DNA from: Caulobacteraceae bacterium
GTDB lineage: Bacteria > Pseudomonadota > Alphaproteobacteria > Caulobacterales > Caulobacteraceae
DNA length: 64,000 nt
Direction of reading: 5' to 3'
Assembly (NCBI GenBank): GCA_947475415.1
Contig: CANJLH010000005.1
Span: 78,292-142,291 of the forward strand
Shown here: positions 30,991 through 40,760 of the stretch, piece by piece
Numbering within the stretch: position 1 is the stretch's first letter
How the letters are laid out: every line of letters begins with the position of its first letter
The notes under the pieces: model-generated
The model's input: only the letters and a program-made list of their open reading frames with translations
Database searches by the model: none
What the model was told of the DNA's origin: nothing
Made by a program: the position numbers and the translations under genes

Positions 30991-33013
30991 GTCTGGGACG
31001 GTTCCTCGGCGGATTGTGGCGTGGCAGGTTTCCCAGTGGAAACCGGAATGTCCAGGCGTTCCGCCAGCAGCATCGTGACCAGCGCCTGGAGGACGCCGCC
31101 GGAACCGCCGGCGTCTCCGCCTCCGCCAGCGATTTGCACCTTTGGCACGACATCGACACCCGAGGTTTCCAATGCTTCAGCGAACCGCTCAGCCACCTGG
31201 CGAGCAAGCTGATAGCGTGGGCCGCCGGACGCCGCCACCTGGCTTTCAATGGCGGTGGCCTGGGCCAGACCGACTTTGGTAACCCGCTCCGCTTCAGCCG
31301 CCGCCAGGGCGATTACTTTCTTGGCCTCGCCTTCGCCTAGATAGCGCATCTGGTCGCCTTCGGCCTTGGCAAGGGTGCGGGTCTGCTCGGCCTGCTGTTC
31401 GGCACGGGCCAGGCTTGCGCGGCCCTCATTCTGCTGAACTTGTATGGAGAGCTCGCTCTCGGTAATCGCGGTCTGCTGCTGGGCCTGGGCCTCGGCTTCG
31501 CGCAGTTCGCGCTCCTTCTGGGCGGCCAGCTTTTGACGTTCATAGGTGCCGACCTGTTCGTCGGCGATCTGGCGTTGGCGCAGCTGGGTGAGGATGCGCT
31601 CGATCTGATCATCGCCGGCGGCGTTGGGCCGCGGCGTGCCAATAAGCACTTCCTGGAGCTCAAGGTTGTAGACCTGAAATTTGGCCTTCATGTCTTGCGA
31701 CGACAGTTGCTGGATCTCACTGCGGTCCTGCAAGAGTTCGATCAGTGTGCGAGTCTGGCCGATGTTCTTGAAATAGGCCGAGACCATGGGGTCAAGGGTC
31801 TGTTCGACCAGCCGCTTGATGTCGCCGAACCGCTGGATAACCAGCGGCGCTTTGCGGTAATCAATGTGCACCACTACCGAAACCGGCAGGGTAGGTTCAA
31901 AGGCGTCCTTGGTGATCAGCGACACCTCGGCCAAGTTTTCATCGAACTTGTGCGAGCCGATGGCCTGGGCCTCCCACTTCAGGATGAAGTTGGTGGTTGG
32001 CACCATAGTGATCCGCCCGGCGTAGGCGTTGAAGGCGTATTTGCCAGGCAGTAGAGGTTCGCTCCACACCCCGCGGCGACCAGTCTCGACCAGCTCCCCG
32101 TGGCGGTAGGCCTCGCCAGATGTGTCGACGCCCGCAGCGCCGGTGTAGGACACCACCACCCCCACCTGACCCACCTCAACTACGGTCTTGGGGATCCGCT
32201 CCACCGTGGCGAACAGCCGGTTGATATAGTAGGCGCCCTCCACCAACACTTGCAGCTGGCGGCCCTTGCAGCCGCCGGCGGCCAGGAATTTCTCTGGGTC
32301 CTGAAAGCTGTTGTGAAAGGTGTCTGGATCGTCGGGATCAGCGCCCACCGTAGGGGCGATGATCTCTCCGGAGGGCAGGCCGGGCCCGTCATGCACTGTC
32401 ACCACACCCATTAGGTCGTCGGCGTCCTTGATCACCACTGGCTCGAAGCCATCGCGGGACTCGATGATCTCGGCCATTTGCGCGAGGAGCTGGGCGTCGG
32501 CCGCATCTAGGGCCATGGCAAAGGTGTTGTCGCGGGTCACCACCACGAACTGGGCCAGGTTGATAGCATAGGCGCCTTCCCGCAATACCCGCCGTTGGGG
32601 ACCTTTTTGACCACCAGCCATCAGGAAGGCGCGGGTGTCCTGGAAGTCCGCATTCGCCGGATTGCTGGCCAAAGCCTGATCTGCGCCCAATGGACGTCCG
32701 TCGCGGGCGAACACATAGCCTATGCGCCCCTGAGGAATGGTCACAAGTGATCCCACATGCAGGCGATACTGGAAGGGGAAGAAGAAGTGCAGGCCGCCGC
32801 GTAAAACATCTGGCTGGAAGCCAGCCTCGCCGGACATGGCGATGAAGCCGTCCTTGATCGAGCCGGTCGCGCTCCAGAGTTTCTCCACAACAGCAACGCG
32901 ATCATTGCGGATGTAGCGCACCATTCCGGACGCCCACACCAGGGCGACGAGCAAGATCAGTAACAGGAACAGGCTGAGCCAGGGGTGTTCCGTCACGAGT
33001 TTTATGAAAATCA
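30987..33013 (-). CDS. Flotillin-like SPFH/band-7 domain protein with long coiled-coil and Gly-rich tail
   Basis: Start at MIFIKLVTEHPWLSLFLLLILLVALVWASG (N-terminal TM helix). This is followed by an SPFH domain, Q/A/E-rich coiled-coil repeats (AEQQAEQ...) and GGGGDAGGSGG. About 675 aa. Confidence 0.8.
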
Positions 33014-33222
33014 TCGAGATCGCCCCACATGGCGGACGTTCCAACGCGCATCCGCGCTCGGCCGCCGCGCTAGAGATAGGATCAACCGGCGGTGGTTGTG
33101 AGAGCGATCTACAAGGAATCCCGAAATTGTGAAGCTTGGAGCGCAGGGCGGCAGCGAGGTTGCCTGGAACAGCTTCGGGGATTAACAGCCGCGCGACCCA
33201 ATTCTCGCCAAGTGAGCACGCA

Positions 33223-33843
33223 ATGTCCTCCACTCCAATCGCCGCTGACCGGCATCGCCCAATAGAGACTGGCGCGGCCGCGCAAATGTTCGAGAGTGCG
33301 CGCACCCACAACGTCTGGACGTCACGCGCCGTATCAGATGAGCTACTGCGGTCGATCTATGAGCGTTTGAGGGTGGCTCCGACGGCGTTCAATTCATCAC
33401 CCGGCCGATTCCTGTTCATACGTACGCCTGAGGCCAAGGAACGTCTTCGCCCGCATCTGTCGCCCGGCAATCTGGAAAAAACCATGGCTGCACCGGTGAA
33501 TGTGGTGATCGCCTATGACACCAGGTTTGCCGACAAGCTGGCGCAGCTTGGCGCACCGGCCGCGCTGGCTGAGCGCATGACCGCCGCGCCGCCGGAAATG
33601 GCTCACGAGACGATGTTCCGCAACGGGACGTTGCAGGGCGCTTACATGATTTTGGCGGCCCGCTCGCTGGGACTCGACTGCGGGCCAATGTCTGGGTTCA
33701 ACAATGCGAGCCTGGATGCGGAGTTCTTTTCCAACGGGCGCTGGAAATCGAACTTCTTGTGCAACCTGGGCTATGGCGACGACAGCGCCGCCTATGAACG
33801 GCGGCCGCGGCTTGGGTTCGAGGAGGCGTGCGAGGTGTTGTGA
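33223..33843 (+). CDS. Nitroreductase-family protein (RutE/YdjA-like NAD(P)H-dependent oxidoreductase)
   Basis: Internal start MSSTPIA, with SARTHNVWTSRAVSDELL...AFNSSPGRF as the nitroreductase-fold signature. Confidence 0.75.
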   Translation: MSSTPIAADRHRPIETGAAAQMFESARTHNVWTSRAVSDELLRSIYERLRVAPTAFNSSPGRFLFIRTPEAKERLRPHLSPGNLEKTMAAPVNVVIAYDTRFADKLAQLGAPAALAERMTAAPPEMAHETMFRNGTLQGAYMILAARSLGLDCGPMSGFNNASLDAEFFSNGRWKSNFLCNLGYGDDSAAYERRPRLGFEEACEVL

Positions 33844-33867
33844 TACAACACCTCGCCGCGTGAGAGG

Positions 33868-35055
33868 TTACCCCCTTATAATCATCCCACTCGACGGGAT
33901 CGGGCTGGGTCCGCCAGTCACCAATGCGATCTCCGCATCCTTCACCTGCGACGTAGACGTGCCTCGAATTTGGCGCACCCCTTCGACGATGTGTGTGGTG
34001 GCGTGGAGATAGACCTCCGACAGATTCCCGCCGTGGGTGTTGGTGGGGATCTTGCCGGTGTCCCAGCGCATGCCGCCCTCGGCGACCATGGGGCCGGACT
34101 CGCCCTTGCCGCAGAATCCGTAGTCCTCCAACTGCAACAACACCATGCCGGTGAAGTGGTCGTAGAGTTCGGCCACGTCGATGTCACCAGGTCCGACCCC
34201 CGCCATCTTATAGAGGTCGCGGGCCAGCTGGCCGTGGCCGGCCGTGGGGTAGATGTCGTCGGGCATGGTCTGCTGGGTGATCGACTGGCCCCAGCCGCCG
34301 GCGCCGCCCTGGGCGACGCCCATGATGTAGGCGGGCTTCTGCTTCATGTCCTTGGCGCGCTCGGCGGAAACCACGATCACACAACCCGCACCGTCGTTTT
34401 CGTTGCAGTAGTCAAACAGCCGGAACGGGTCGGAAATCATCCGCGAGTTGTAGTAATCGTCCAGGGTCATGGGATCGCGGCGCAGGGCCTTGGGATTGCG
34501 CCGGGCGTGCTCGCGCTGAGTTATGGCCACGGCGGCCAGGTGATCGGTGGTGGTGCCGTACTGATGCATGTGCCGGCGCACCATCAGTGCGAACATCTGG
34601 CCTGGCGCCATCAAGCCGTAAGGAGCGATGAAGTCGCGGCTAGCCATCGACACGGTGCCCGAGTTGGAGGGCGGTCGGGCGAATACCTCGCCGAAACGCT
34701 GACCGGTGGGTTGGCGGATGCCGTGATAGACGGCCACCACGTCGCAATAGCCGGCCTCGATGGCCGCCGCGGCCGCGCCAACTGCGGCGCAGGACCCGCC
34801 GCCGCCGCCGCCCCAGACCAGGTTAGAGAACCGCACCTCGGGACACCCTAGGGCGGGCGCCACGATGGAGGCGTTCATCTCATCCATGTAGGAGGAGAAG
34901 CCGTCGATCTCATGCGGATGAATGCCGGCGTCTTCGCAGGCGTTGAGGATCGACTCCAGGCACAGGTCCAGGTGGGTCTTCACCCCCGACTGGCCGCGCT
35001 TGTAATAGTCAGTGAGGCCGACGCCGACGATGGCGGTCTTGTCTTTGATGCTCAT
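33868..35055 (-). CDS. SCP-x-type thiolase-like protein (lipid-transfer-protein/Ltp-like, thiolase superfamily)
   Basis: MSIKDKTAIVGVGLTDYYKRG and the thiolase-fold condensing-enzyme core. The classic degradative-thiolase Cys-His-Cys spacing is absent. Confidence 0.85.
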   Translation of the reverse strand: MSIKDKTAIVGVGLTDYYKRGQSGVKTHLDLCLESILNACEDAGIHPHEIDGFSSYMDEMNASIVAPALGCPEVRFSNLVWGGGGGGSCAAVGAAAAAIEAGYCDVVAVYHGIRQPTGQRFGEVFARPPSNSGTVSMASRDFIAPYGLMAPGQMFALMVRRHMHQYGTTTDHLAAVAITQREHARRNPKALRRDPMTLDDYYNSRMISDPFRLFDYCNENDGAGCVIVVSAERAKDMKQKPAYIMGVAQGGAGGWGQSITQQTMPDDIYPTAGHGQLARDLYKMAGVGPGDIDVAELYDHFTGMVLLQLEDYGFCGKGESGPMVAEGGMRWDTGKIPTNTHGGNLSEVYLHATTHIVEGVRQIRGTSTSQVKDAEIALVTGGPSPIPSSGMIIRG

Positions 35056-35065
35056 GAGTTTCCCC

Positions 35066-35497
35066 CTATTTGCCGGCCGGCCTGAAGCGCGGCAGCACCA
35101 CGCCGGGCTTTGGTTCGTCCCAGCAGACCTCCACCGGCATGTCGATACGGATGTCCTCGTCGGCGACCCCGACCAGGTTGGAGACCATCTTCACCGGAGC
35201 GTCGTCGAGCTTGACCACAATGACGTTGTAGGTTCCGCCGCGCTCGCGCAGGGCCGGATGCACCGGGTGGTGGGGGATTGTGTAGCTGTACACTACACCC
35301 TTGCCGCTAACCGGCGTGAACTGGCTCTCGAAGGACTGGCACTTGGGGCAGGTGGGAGTGGGCAGATGCCGAAAGGTTTTGCACTTCACGCATTGCTGGA
35401 TGGAGAGCACGCGGCGGGCGCAGGACTCCCAGTACCCCTCGGTGATCTCGTCGGGACTCAAGTTGACGATGTCGGCGGGTAGATAGGGCTCACTCAT
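35066..35497 (-). CDS. DUF35 Zn-ribbon/OB-fold protein (thiolase/aldolase partner subunit)
   Basis: CVKCKTFRHLPTPTCPKCQS is a 4-Cys rubredoxin-like zinc ribbon, followed by an OB fold. It lies 10 bp from the SCP-x-thiolase gene. Confidence 0.8.
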   Translation of the reverse strand: MSEPYLPADIVNLSPDEITEGYWESCARRVLSIQQCVKCKTFRHLPTPTCPKCQSFESQFTPVSGKGVVYSYTIPHHPVHPALRERGGTYNVIVVKLDDAPVKMVSNLVGVADEDIRIDMPVEVCWDEPKPGVVLPRFRPAGK

Positions 35498-35521
35498 TTC
35501 TTGCTTCCTCCCTGGGCAGCG

Positions 35522-36283
35522 TTAGCCGCCGCCGCCGTGAACATTGATCTTTTCGCCGCTGACATACGGATTGGCGTCCGACACAAGATAGGTCACCACA
35601 TTGGCGACGTCTTCCGGTTCGCTGACACGGCCGAAGGGCGATGTGGCGTCCAGATCGTGGATGTTGGGTGCGCCGCGGGCCTTTGCCAGACGCGAGCCCA
35701 TCTCGGTGACTGTCAGGCTCGGGGCGACGATATTGACCCGCACTCCGTATTTTCGCTCCTCCTTGGCCATGGTGTAGGCCAGGGCCTCCATGGCCGCCTT
35801 GCCCATGTTGTAGGGCGCGCCGTTGGCGCCATATCCGACTGTGGCCACCGAGGAAATCATGATGATGTCGCTGCGGCCGGCCGCCCGCAGGTGGGGCAGG
35901 GCGAGCTTGGACATGTAATGCGGCCCAAAGGCGTGCACGCGGACCACCCGCTCCATTTCGGCCGGATCGGTATCGAAAACGGATTGACCGCGGCTGGCGA
36001 TGCCGGCGTTGTTGACCAGGATCGACAGGGAGCCGAAGTCCTTCACGACGCTGTCGATCAGGGCCACGTCCTCATCCCAGTTGTCCACCGACCCCAGATA
36101 CCCCTTGACCTTGCGGCCCATGGGCTCCGCCATCGCCAGAGTCTCCTTCGCGGCCTCTTCGTCGCGGCGATAGTTGAACGCCACGTCGGCGCCGGCTTCG
36201 GCCAGGGCCAGGACTATGGCGCGGCCTATGCCGCGGCTGCCGCCGGTGACCAAGGCCACTCGGCCCGTGAGGTCTACCTTCAT
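35522..36283 (-). CDS. SDR-family oxidoreductase (FabG-like)
   Basis: GRVALVTGGSRGIGRAI and the YNMGKAA catalytic region. Confidence 0.85.
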   Translation of the reverse strand: MKVDLTGRVALVTGGSRGIGRAIVLALAEAGADVAFNYRRDEEAAKETLAMAEPMGRKVKGYLGSVDNWDEDVALIDSVVKDFGSLSILVNNAGIASRGQSVFDTDPAEMERVVRVHAFGPHYMSKLALPHLRAAGRSDIIMISSVATVGYGANGAPYNMGKAAMEALAYTMAKEERKYGVRVNIVAPSLTVTEMGSRLAKARGAPNIHDLDATSPFGRVSEPEDVANVVTYLVSDANPYVSGEKINVHGGGG

Positions 36284-36323
36284 CTTTATAACTCCTTATA
36301 AATCAAATAACTCTCGAGGCGAT

Positions 36324-37088
36324 TTAGCTGTTGGTCCAGTTGGGTTTGCGCTTTTCGGCGAAGGCGGTGGCGCCTTCCTTGGCGTCATTGGAGGCGAACA
36401 CCGGCGTAATATAGGGCTGTTGCAACGTGCGGGCCTCGCTCGCCTTCCAGTCCAGCGATTCGGTCATGATCCGTTTCGATGCGGCCACGGCCAGGGGGCC
36501 GTTGGCGGCGATCGTCGCGGCCAGGGCCTTGGCGCCGGCGAGTGCGCCGCCCTCGGGCGTGATCCGATTTATGACGCCATGCTTCTCCATGGTGGCGGCG
36601 TCGTAGTGGTCGCCGGTCAGCACCATCTCCAGCGCAACGCGCCAGGGCGCCTGGCGGGGCATGCGCACCAGCCCGCCGCCGGCGGCGGCCAGGCCACGCT
36701 TGACCTCCGGAAGACCGAACTTGGCCGTCTCGGAGGAGACGATGAGGTCGCAGCTCAGCGCCACCTCGAAGCCTCCAGCGAGACAGTAACCCTCGACCGC
36801 CGCGATCAGCGGCTTTTCCACATAGAGCGCATTCTCACCAGAGAAAGGAAGGCCTGTGCCATCGATCTTATCGCCGCGCGCGAAGGCCTTCAGGTCCATG
36901 CCGGAGCAGAAGGTCCCCCCGGCGCCGGTCATGACCACCACCCGGATCTTCGGGTCGTTGACCACCTGACCGAACGCGTCGCGCAAACCGTTCATCACGT
37001 CATTGTTGAGCGAGTTCTTCGCCTCGGGGCGGTTCAGCGTGATCACCGCCACGCCGTCAGCATCGACTTCGAACAAAACCGCGGACAT
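36324..37088 (-). CDS. Enoyl-CoA hydratase/isomerase (crotonase family)
   Basis: Start at MSAVLFEVDADGVAVITLNRPEAKNSLN, with FCSGMDLK. Confidence 0.85.
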   Translation of the reverse strand: MSAVLFEVDADGVAVITLNRPEAKNSLNNDVMNGLRDAFGQVVNDPKIRVVVMTGAGGTFCSGMDLKAFARGDKIDGTGLPFSGENALYVEKPLIAAVEGYCLAGGFEVALSCDLIVSSETAKFGLPEVKRGLAAAGGGLVRMPRQAPWRVALEMVLTGDHYDAATMEKHGVINRITPEGGALAGAKALAATIAANGPLAVAASKRIMTESLDWKASEARTLQQPYITPVFASNDAKEGATAFAEKRKPNWTNS

Positions 37089-37100
37089 TTCCAATCTCCC

Positions 37101-37130
37101 TGTGTGCAATGGCCTGTCGAGGGGCACACA
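37101..37130. promoter_or_regulatory. Inverted repeat TGTGTGC-N16-GCACACA in the divergent promoter region
   Basis: Perfect 7-bp arms that I read by eye. It lies 13-42 bp upstream of the crotonase start (minus strand) and about 115 bp upstream of the Gfo/Idh/MocA gene (plus strand). Confidence 0.3.
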
Positions 37131-37242
37131 AGCCTAGCCGGGGCCGCGCATCAATCCTTTCTGATCAGGAAACTCGCATTCGCCGCCTATGCGGATGGAA
37201 TGGTTGGCGTTACGAAAGCTGGTGGAATGAGGAGCTAGGCGA

Positions 37243-38328
37243 ATGGCGGGTGCGCTGCGGGTTGGAATCATCGGTGTTGGTTGGGGTAATCTGGTTCATG
37301 TCCCAGCGTTTCGCGCCGCGGAAGGATTTGAACCTGTCGCGCTGTGTTCGCGCCGCCGGGAACCCCTTGAGGCCGCCGCAGCCAAATGCGGAATCAGCGA
37401 CCTTTCGACGGATTGGCGCGACTTCGTTCGCCGCGACGACCTGGACATGATCTCCATCACCGTGCCGGTCGAATTGCATCGGGAGATGACGCTGGCGACC
37501 ATCGCGGCCGGCAAGCGCGTGCTTTGTGAAAAGCCCGCCGCCCTTAGCGCTGCTGACGCAAAGGAAATGTATGACGCAGCGGAGTCCGCGGGAGTGGCGC
37601 ACGCCACGTGTTTCGAACTCCGCTGGTTGCCCGAGCGCCTGGCCGTGTGGGACGCCGTGCGCGCGGGCCTTGTCGGCAAGCCCTACAATCTTCGCAGCCT
37701 GCAGAGCGCCGACTACTGGCATCCAACACATGCTCCGCAATCGGAATGGATGTACCGCAAGGAAGTGGGCGGCGGGTATCTGATGGGCATGCTGTCGCAC
37801 GACATTGACTTCGCCTGCACCTTGCTTGGCGAACCGGTGGCCGTGGCTGCAGATGTGCGCTCTAACGTGCCGCGCAGGAAGATGGCCGACGGAACGGAGA
37901 TCGACGTCACCGCCGATGATACCACTGTGATCCTGGTGCGGTTCGCGAATGGCGCATCGGCCGTGATCTCTTGTTCGGTCGTGGGCGCGCATTCCGCCGG
38001 CGTTCGCTTCGACCTGTTCGGCGAAGACGGAACAATCCTGTTTGAAACCGGACCGGAAGGACGTCGGATTAGCGGCGGCGCGGCCAAGGGCGATGGCCTC
38101 CTTGAAATCCCGCCGTCAGCGCGGGAGCCGAAAGGCGCGCCAATCACAGCCAAGGGCCGTTCGGCCGGCATGATCCGCGCAACGGCCCTGTTACTGGAAG
38201 AATGGAACGCCAATCTCGCCAATCCAGATTCCGCCATACCGACACTGCGGGCTGGATGGCGGGCGATGCGGGTGGTGGAAGCTGCGCGCCGTTCCGCTGC
38301 TGGCGAGGGTTGGGTGGGGCTGGATTGA
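37243..38328 (+). CDS. Gfo/Idh/MocA-family NAD(P)-dependent oxidoreductase
   Basis: LRVGIIGVGWG Rossmann N-terminus and EKP motif (LCEKPAA). Confidence 0.85.
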   Translation: MAGALRVGIIGVGWGNLVHVPAFRAAEGFEPVALCSRRREPLEAAAAKCGISDLSTDWRDFVRRDDLDMISITVPVELHREMTLATIAAGKRVLCEKPAALSAADAKEMYDAAESAGVAHATCFELRWLPERLAVWDAVRAGLVGKPYNLRSLQSADYWHPTHAPQSEWMYRKEVGGGYLMGMLSHDIDFACTLLGEPVAVAADVRSNVPRRKMADGTEIDVTADDTTVILVRFANGASAVISCSVVGAHSAGVRFDLFGEDGTILFETGPEGRRISGGAAKGDGLLEIPPSAREPKGAPITAKGRSAGMIRATALLLEEWNANLANPDSAIPTLRAGWRAMRVVEAARRSAAGEGWVGLD

Positions 38329-38344
38329 GCCTAAGGAGAACATC

Positions 38345-38776
38345 ATGAGCGAAGACACCGGCTGGGAACGCATCAAGGCGCACCGCGATCTCTATCTTAG
38401 CAACCCTGACCAGGCCCACGATTGGAACCCCTATGGCCAGATGACCCAGGCGCTGCTGCTGACGACAATCGGACGCAAGTCCGGAAAGAAGCGCAGCTTG
38501 CCGCTGATCTACAAGAAGGTGGGGTCAAATTACGTCATCGCCGGCTCGAAGGGCGGGGCCGACGCTCATCCGGTCTGGTACCTGAACCTGGTCGCTAACC
38601 CAGAGGTGGAAATCCAGGTCCGCCGCGACGTCATGAGGGCCCGCGCCCGTACCGCAACGGGCGTCGAACGCGAGGCGCTATGGAAGGAGATGGTCGAGGT
38701 TCTGCCCCAGTACGATGAGTACCAGTCCAAGACCAGCCGCCAGATCCCGGTGGTGGTGCTGGAACCTGTCGGCTAG
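38345..38776 (+). CDS. Deazaflavin-dependent nitroreductase-family protein (DUF385, PNPOx-like split barrel)
   Basis: LLLTTIGRKSGKKRSLPLIY...HPVWYLNL is the DUF385 signature, common in F420-using actinobacteria. Confidence 0.7.
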   Translation: MSEDTGWERIKAHRDLYLSNPDQAHDWNPYGQMTQALLLTTIGRKSGKKRSLPLIYKKVGSNYVIAGSKGGADAHPVWYLNLVANPEVEIQVRRDVMRARARTATGVEREALWKEMVEVLPQYDEYQSKTSRQIPVVVLEPVG

Positions 38777-39771
38777 GCCCCTCGTCTCTGCATCACCTCT
38801 TGATTCACCACCCGCACCGGTTCGCCATTGGCGTAGGCGGCGATAGCCTCGGGCATGGAGCCATAGAAGGCTTCGTAGGTTTCGCGGGTCGCATAGCCGA
38901 GGTGCGGCGTCAGGGTGACGTTCGACATGCGGCGGAACGGATGGTCCAAGGGCAGCGGTTCCTGATCAAAGGTGTCCAGGCCCGCGCCGGCCAACCCGTG
39001 ACTGCTGAGCGCCGAGATCAGGGCGGCTTCATCAACGATGGGGCCTCTGGAGGTGTTGATGAGGTAGGCGGAGGGTTTCATCAGACTTAGCTCGCGCGCA
39101 CCGACCAGGCCGCGGGTGCGGTCGCTGAGAACTAGCCCGATGCACAAGACATCGGCCTGGGCGAACAACTCGTCCTTCTCCACTCGCGTGACGCCCACCT
39201 CGGCAGCCGCCTCGGCCGTGAGGTTCTGACTCCACGCAATAGGATTCATGCCGAAAGCCTTTGCGTATTCGGCCAATTGTTTACCAATGCGGCCCAGACC
39301 CAAGAGACCTAGGGTGCGGCCTCTCAAGATATAGCCCAAGGTCGATTGCCAGCGCCCTTTGCGCACGGCCCGGTCTTCGTGGGCGATGTGGCGCACCGTG
39401 GCGATCATCAATCCCCAAGTCAGTTCCGGGGTCGCATGGACAATCCGGCTGAAATCAGCACCGGCATGGTGGCCTGACCCGCTGACGACGATGCCGAGGT
39501 TCGTCGCAGCATCCAGGTCAAGATTAGCCAGGGTTGGACCTACGATCAGGATCAGTTTGAGGTTGGTCAGGCGCTCAAGCAACGTCCGGGGTAGGGCCAT
39601 CCGTTCGCGCATGGCGCAAATGACGTCAAAGGGTTGCAAGACCTCGGCCCCATCGGCTTCGCTAAGGTGGCGGTTGAAGACCGTGATCTCCGCGACGCCG
39701 TCCAGGCTGGCCCAGTCCGCGCATTCTCGCGCAACACCTACATAATCATCGAGTATGGCGACTTTCAGCAT
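38773..39771 (-). CDS. D-isomer-specific 2-hydroxyacid dehydrogenase family (NAD-binding)
   Basis: GLLGLGRIGKQLA Rossmann motif and a catalytic His/Glu/Arg region. Confidence 0.85.
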   Translation of the reverse strand: MLKVAILDDYVGVARECADWASLDGVAEITVFNRHLSEADGAEVLQPFDVICAMRERMALPRTLLERLTNLKLILIVGPTLANLDLDAATNLGIVVSGSGHHAGADFSRIVHATPELTWGLMIATVRHIAHEDRAVRKGRWQSTLGYILRGRTLGLLGLGRIGKQLAEYAKAFGMNPIAWSQNLTAEAAAEVGVTRVEKDELFAQADVLCIGLVLSDRTRGLVGARELSLMKPSAYLINTSRGPIVDEAALISALSSHGLAGAGLDTFDQEPLPLDHPFRRMSNVTLTPHLGYATRETYEAFYGSMPEAIAAYANGEPVRVVNQEVMQRRGA

Positions 39772-39866
39772 GCGCGCAGCTCCATTGCGTTCCGACCTTC
39801 ACGGCTAACGCCCTGGCGGGCCAGCTTGCAATCCCCCGATCTTTGCTATGGATGCTTTGGGAATGA

Positions 39867-40760
39867 ATGGGAGCGCAAATTATGACCTCAAGGACGCTGG
39901 ACGATAGCGCCGCAGGAACGATCACGCTGGGGGACCTGACGGTCCGTCGCCTGGGTTTCGGCGCAATGCGCATATCCAGCGCCAGAAATGCAGACGGCAA
40001 GGTTGACCGCGCCGCGGCGGTGAATCTCACCCGTCGGGTCTTTGACCGAGGCGTCAACTTTTATGATGCCGCCAACATCTACGGCTATGGGGCATGCGAG
40101 GAGATCATCGCCGAGGCCCTGCATCCCTATCCGAAGGACCTGGTGATCGCCACCAAGGCCGGCTACGCGACAATTCCCATGGAGCCCGGCATGCGCGTGC
40201 TGCCAGCGAATGGCGATCCGGCCCATATTAAGGGCGAATGTGAAAAAAGCCTGCGACGTCTGAAGCTCGACTGCATCGATCATTATCAGATCCACACCCC
40301 CGACCCCAACGTGCCTTGGGCGGATACGGTCGGCGCCTTCGCTGAGTTGCAGGCCGCCGGAAAGTGTCGGCACGTGGGTCTGTCCAACGTCAGCGTCGAT
40401 CAGCTTCGCGAGGCCCAGGGCATCTGCAATATTGTCTCAGTCCAGAACCGCTACAATCTAGGCAACCGAACCTCCGAGGCGGTGTTGCAGGCCTGTGAGG
40501 CCGACGGAATTGCCTTCCTGCCGTTCCGCCCGGTGATCCTGAAAGATACCCCCGCTGCCGCTATTTCCGACGTGATCGCGGCCGCTCGCGGCATATCCCA
40601 TCAGCAATTGGCCATTGCCTGGCTGCTTCAGCATTCAGCGAAGATGCTGCCAATCCCGGGGACCACCAAGGTCACGCATGCGGATCAGAACATCGATGCG
40701 GCCTGGATCCAGCTCGCCGACACTGAGGTGAAGCGACTGGATGCGGCAGAGGCGGGTTGA
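39867..40760 (+). CDS. Aldo/keto reductase
   Basis: LGFGAMRIS, DAANIYG and IPGTTK motifs. It overlaps the downstream carboxylase gene by 4 bp. Confidence 0.8.
   Translation: MGAQIMTSRTLDDSAAGTITLGDLTVRRLGFGAMRISSARNADGKVDRAAAVNLTRRVFDRGVNFYDAANIYGYGACEEIIAEALHPYPKDLVIATKAGYATIPMEPGMRVLPANGDPAHIKGECEKSLRRLKLDCIDHYQIHTPDPNVPWADTVGAFAELQAAGKCRHVGLSNVSVDQLREAQGICNIVSVQNRYNLGNRTSEAVLQACEADGIAFLPFRPVILKDTPAAAISDVIAAARGISHQQLAIAWLLQHSAKMLPIPGTTKVTHADQNIDAAWIQLADTEVKRLDAAEAG

Noticed and set aside
33014-33311. 100-codon N-terminal extension of the flotillin ORF in the six-frame track
   Set aside because: The extension runs across the divergent promoter and over the nitroreductase start codon. The protein has a canonical TM helix right after the internal Met at 33013, so the shorter start is far more plausible.
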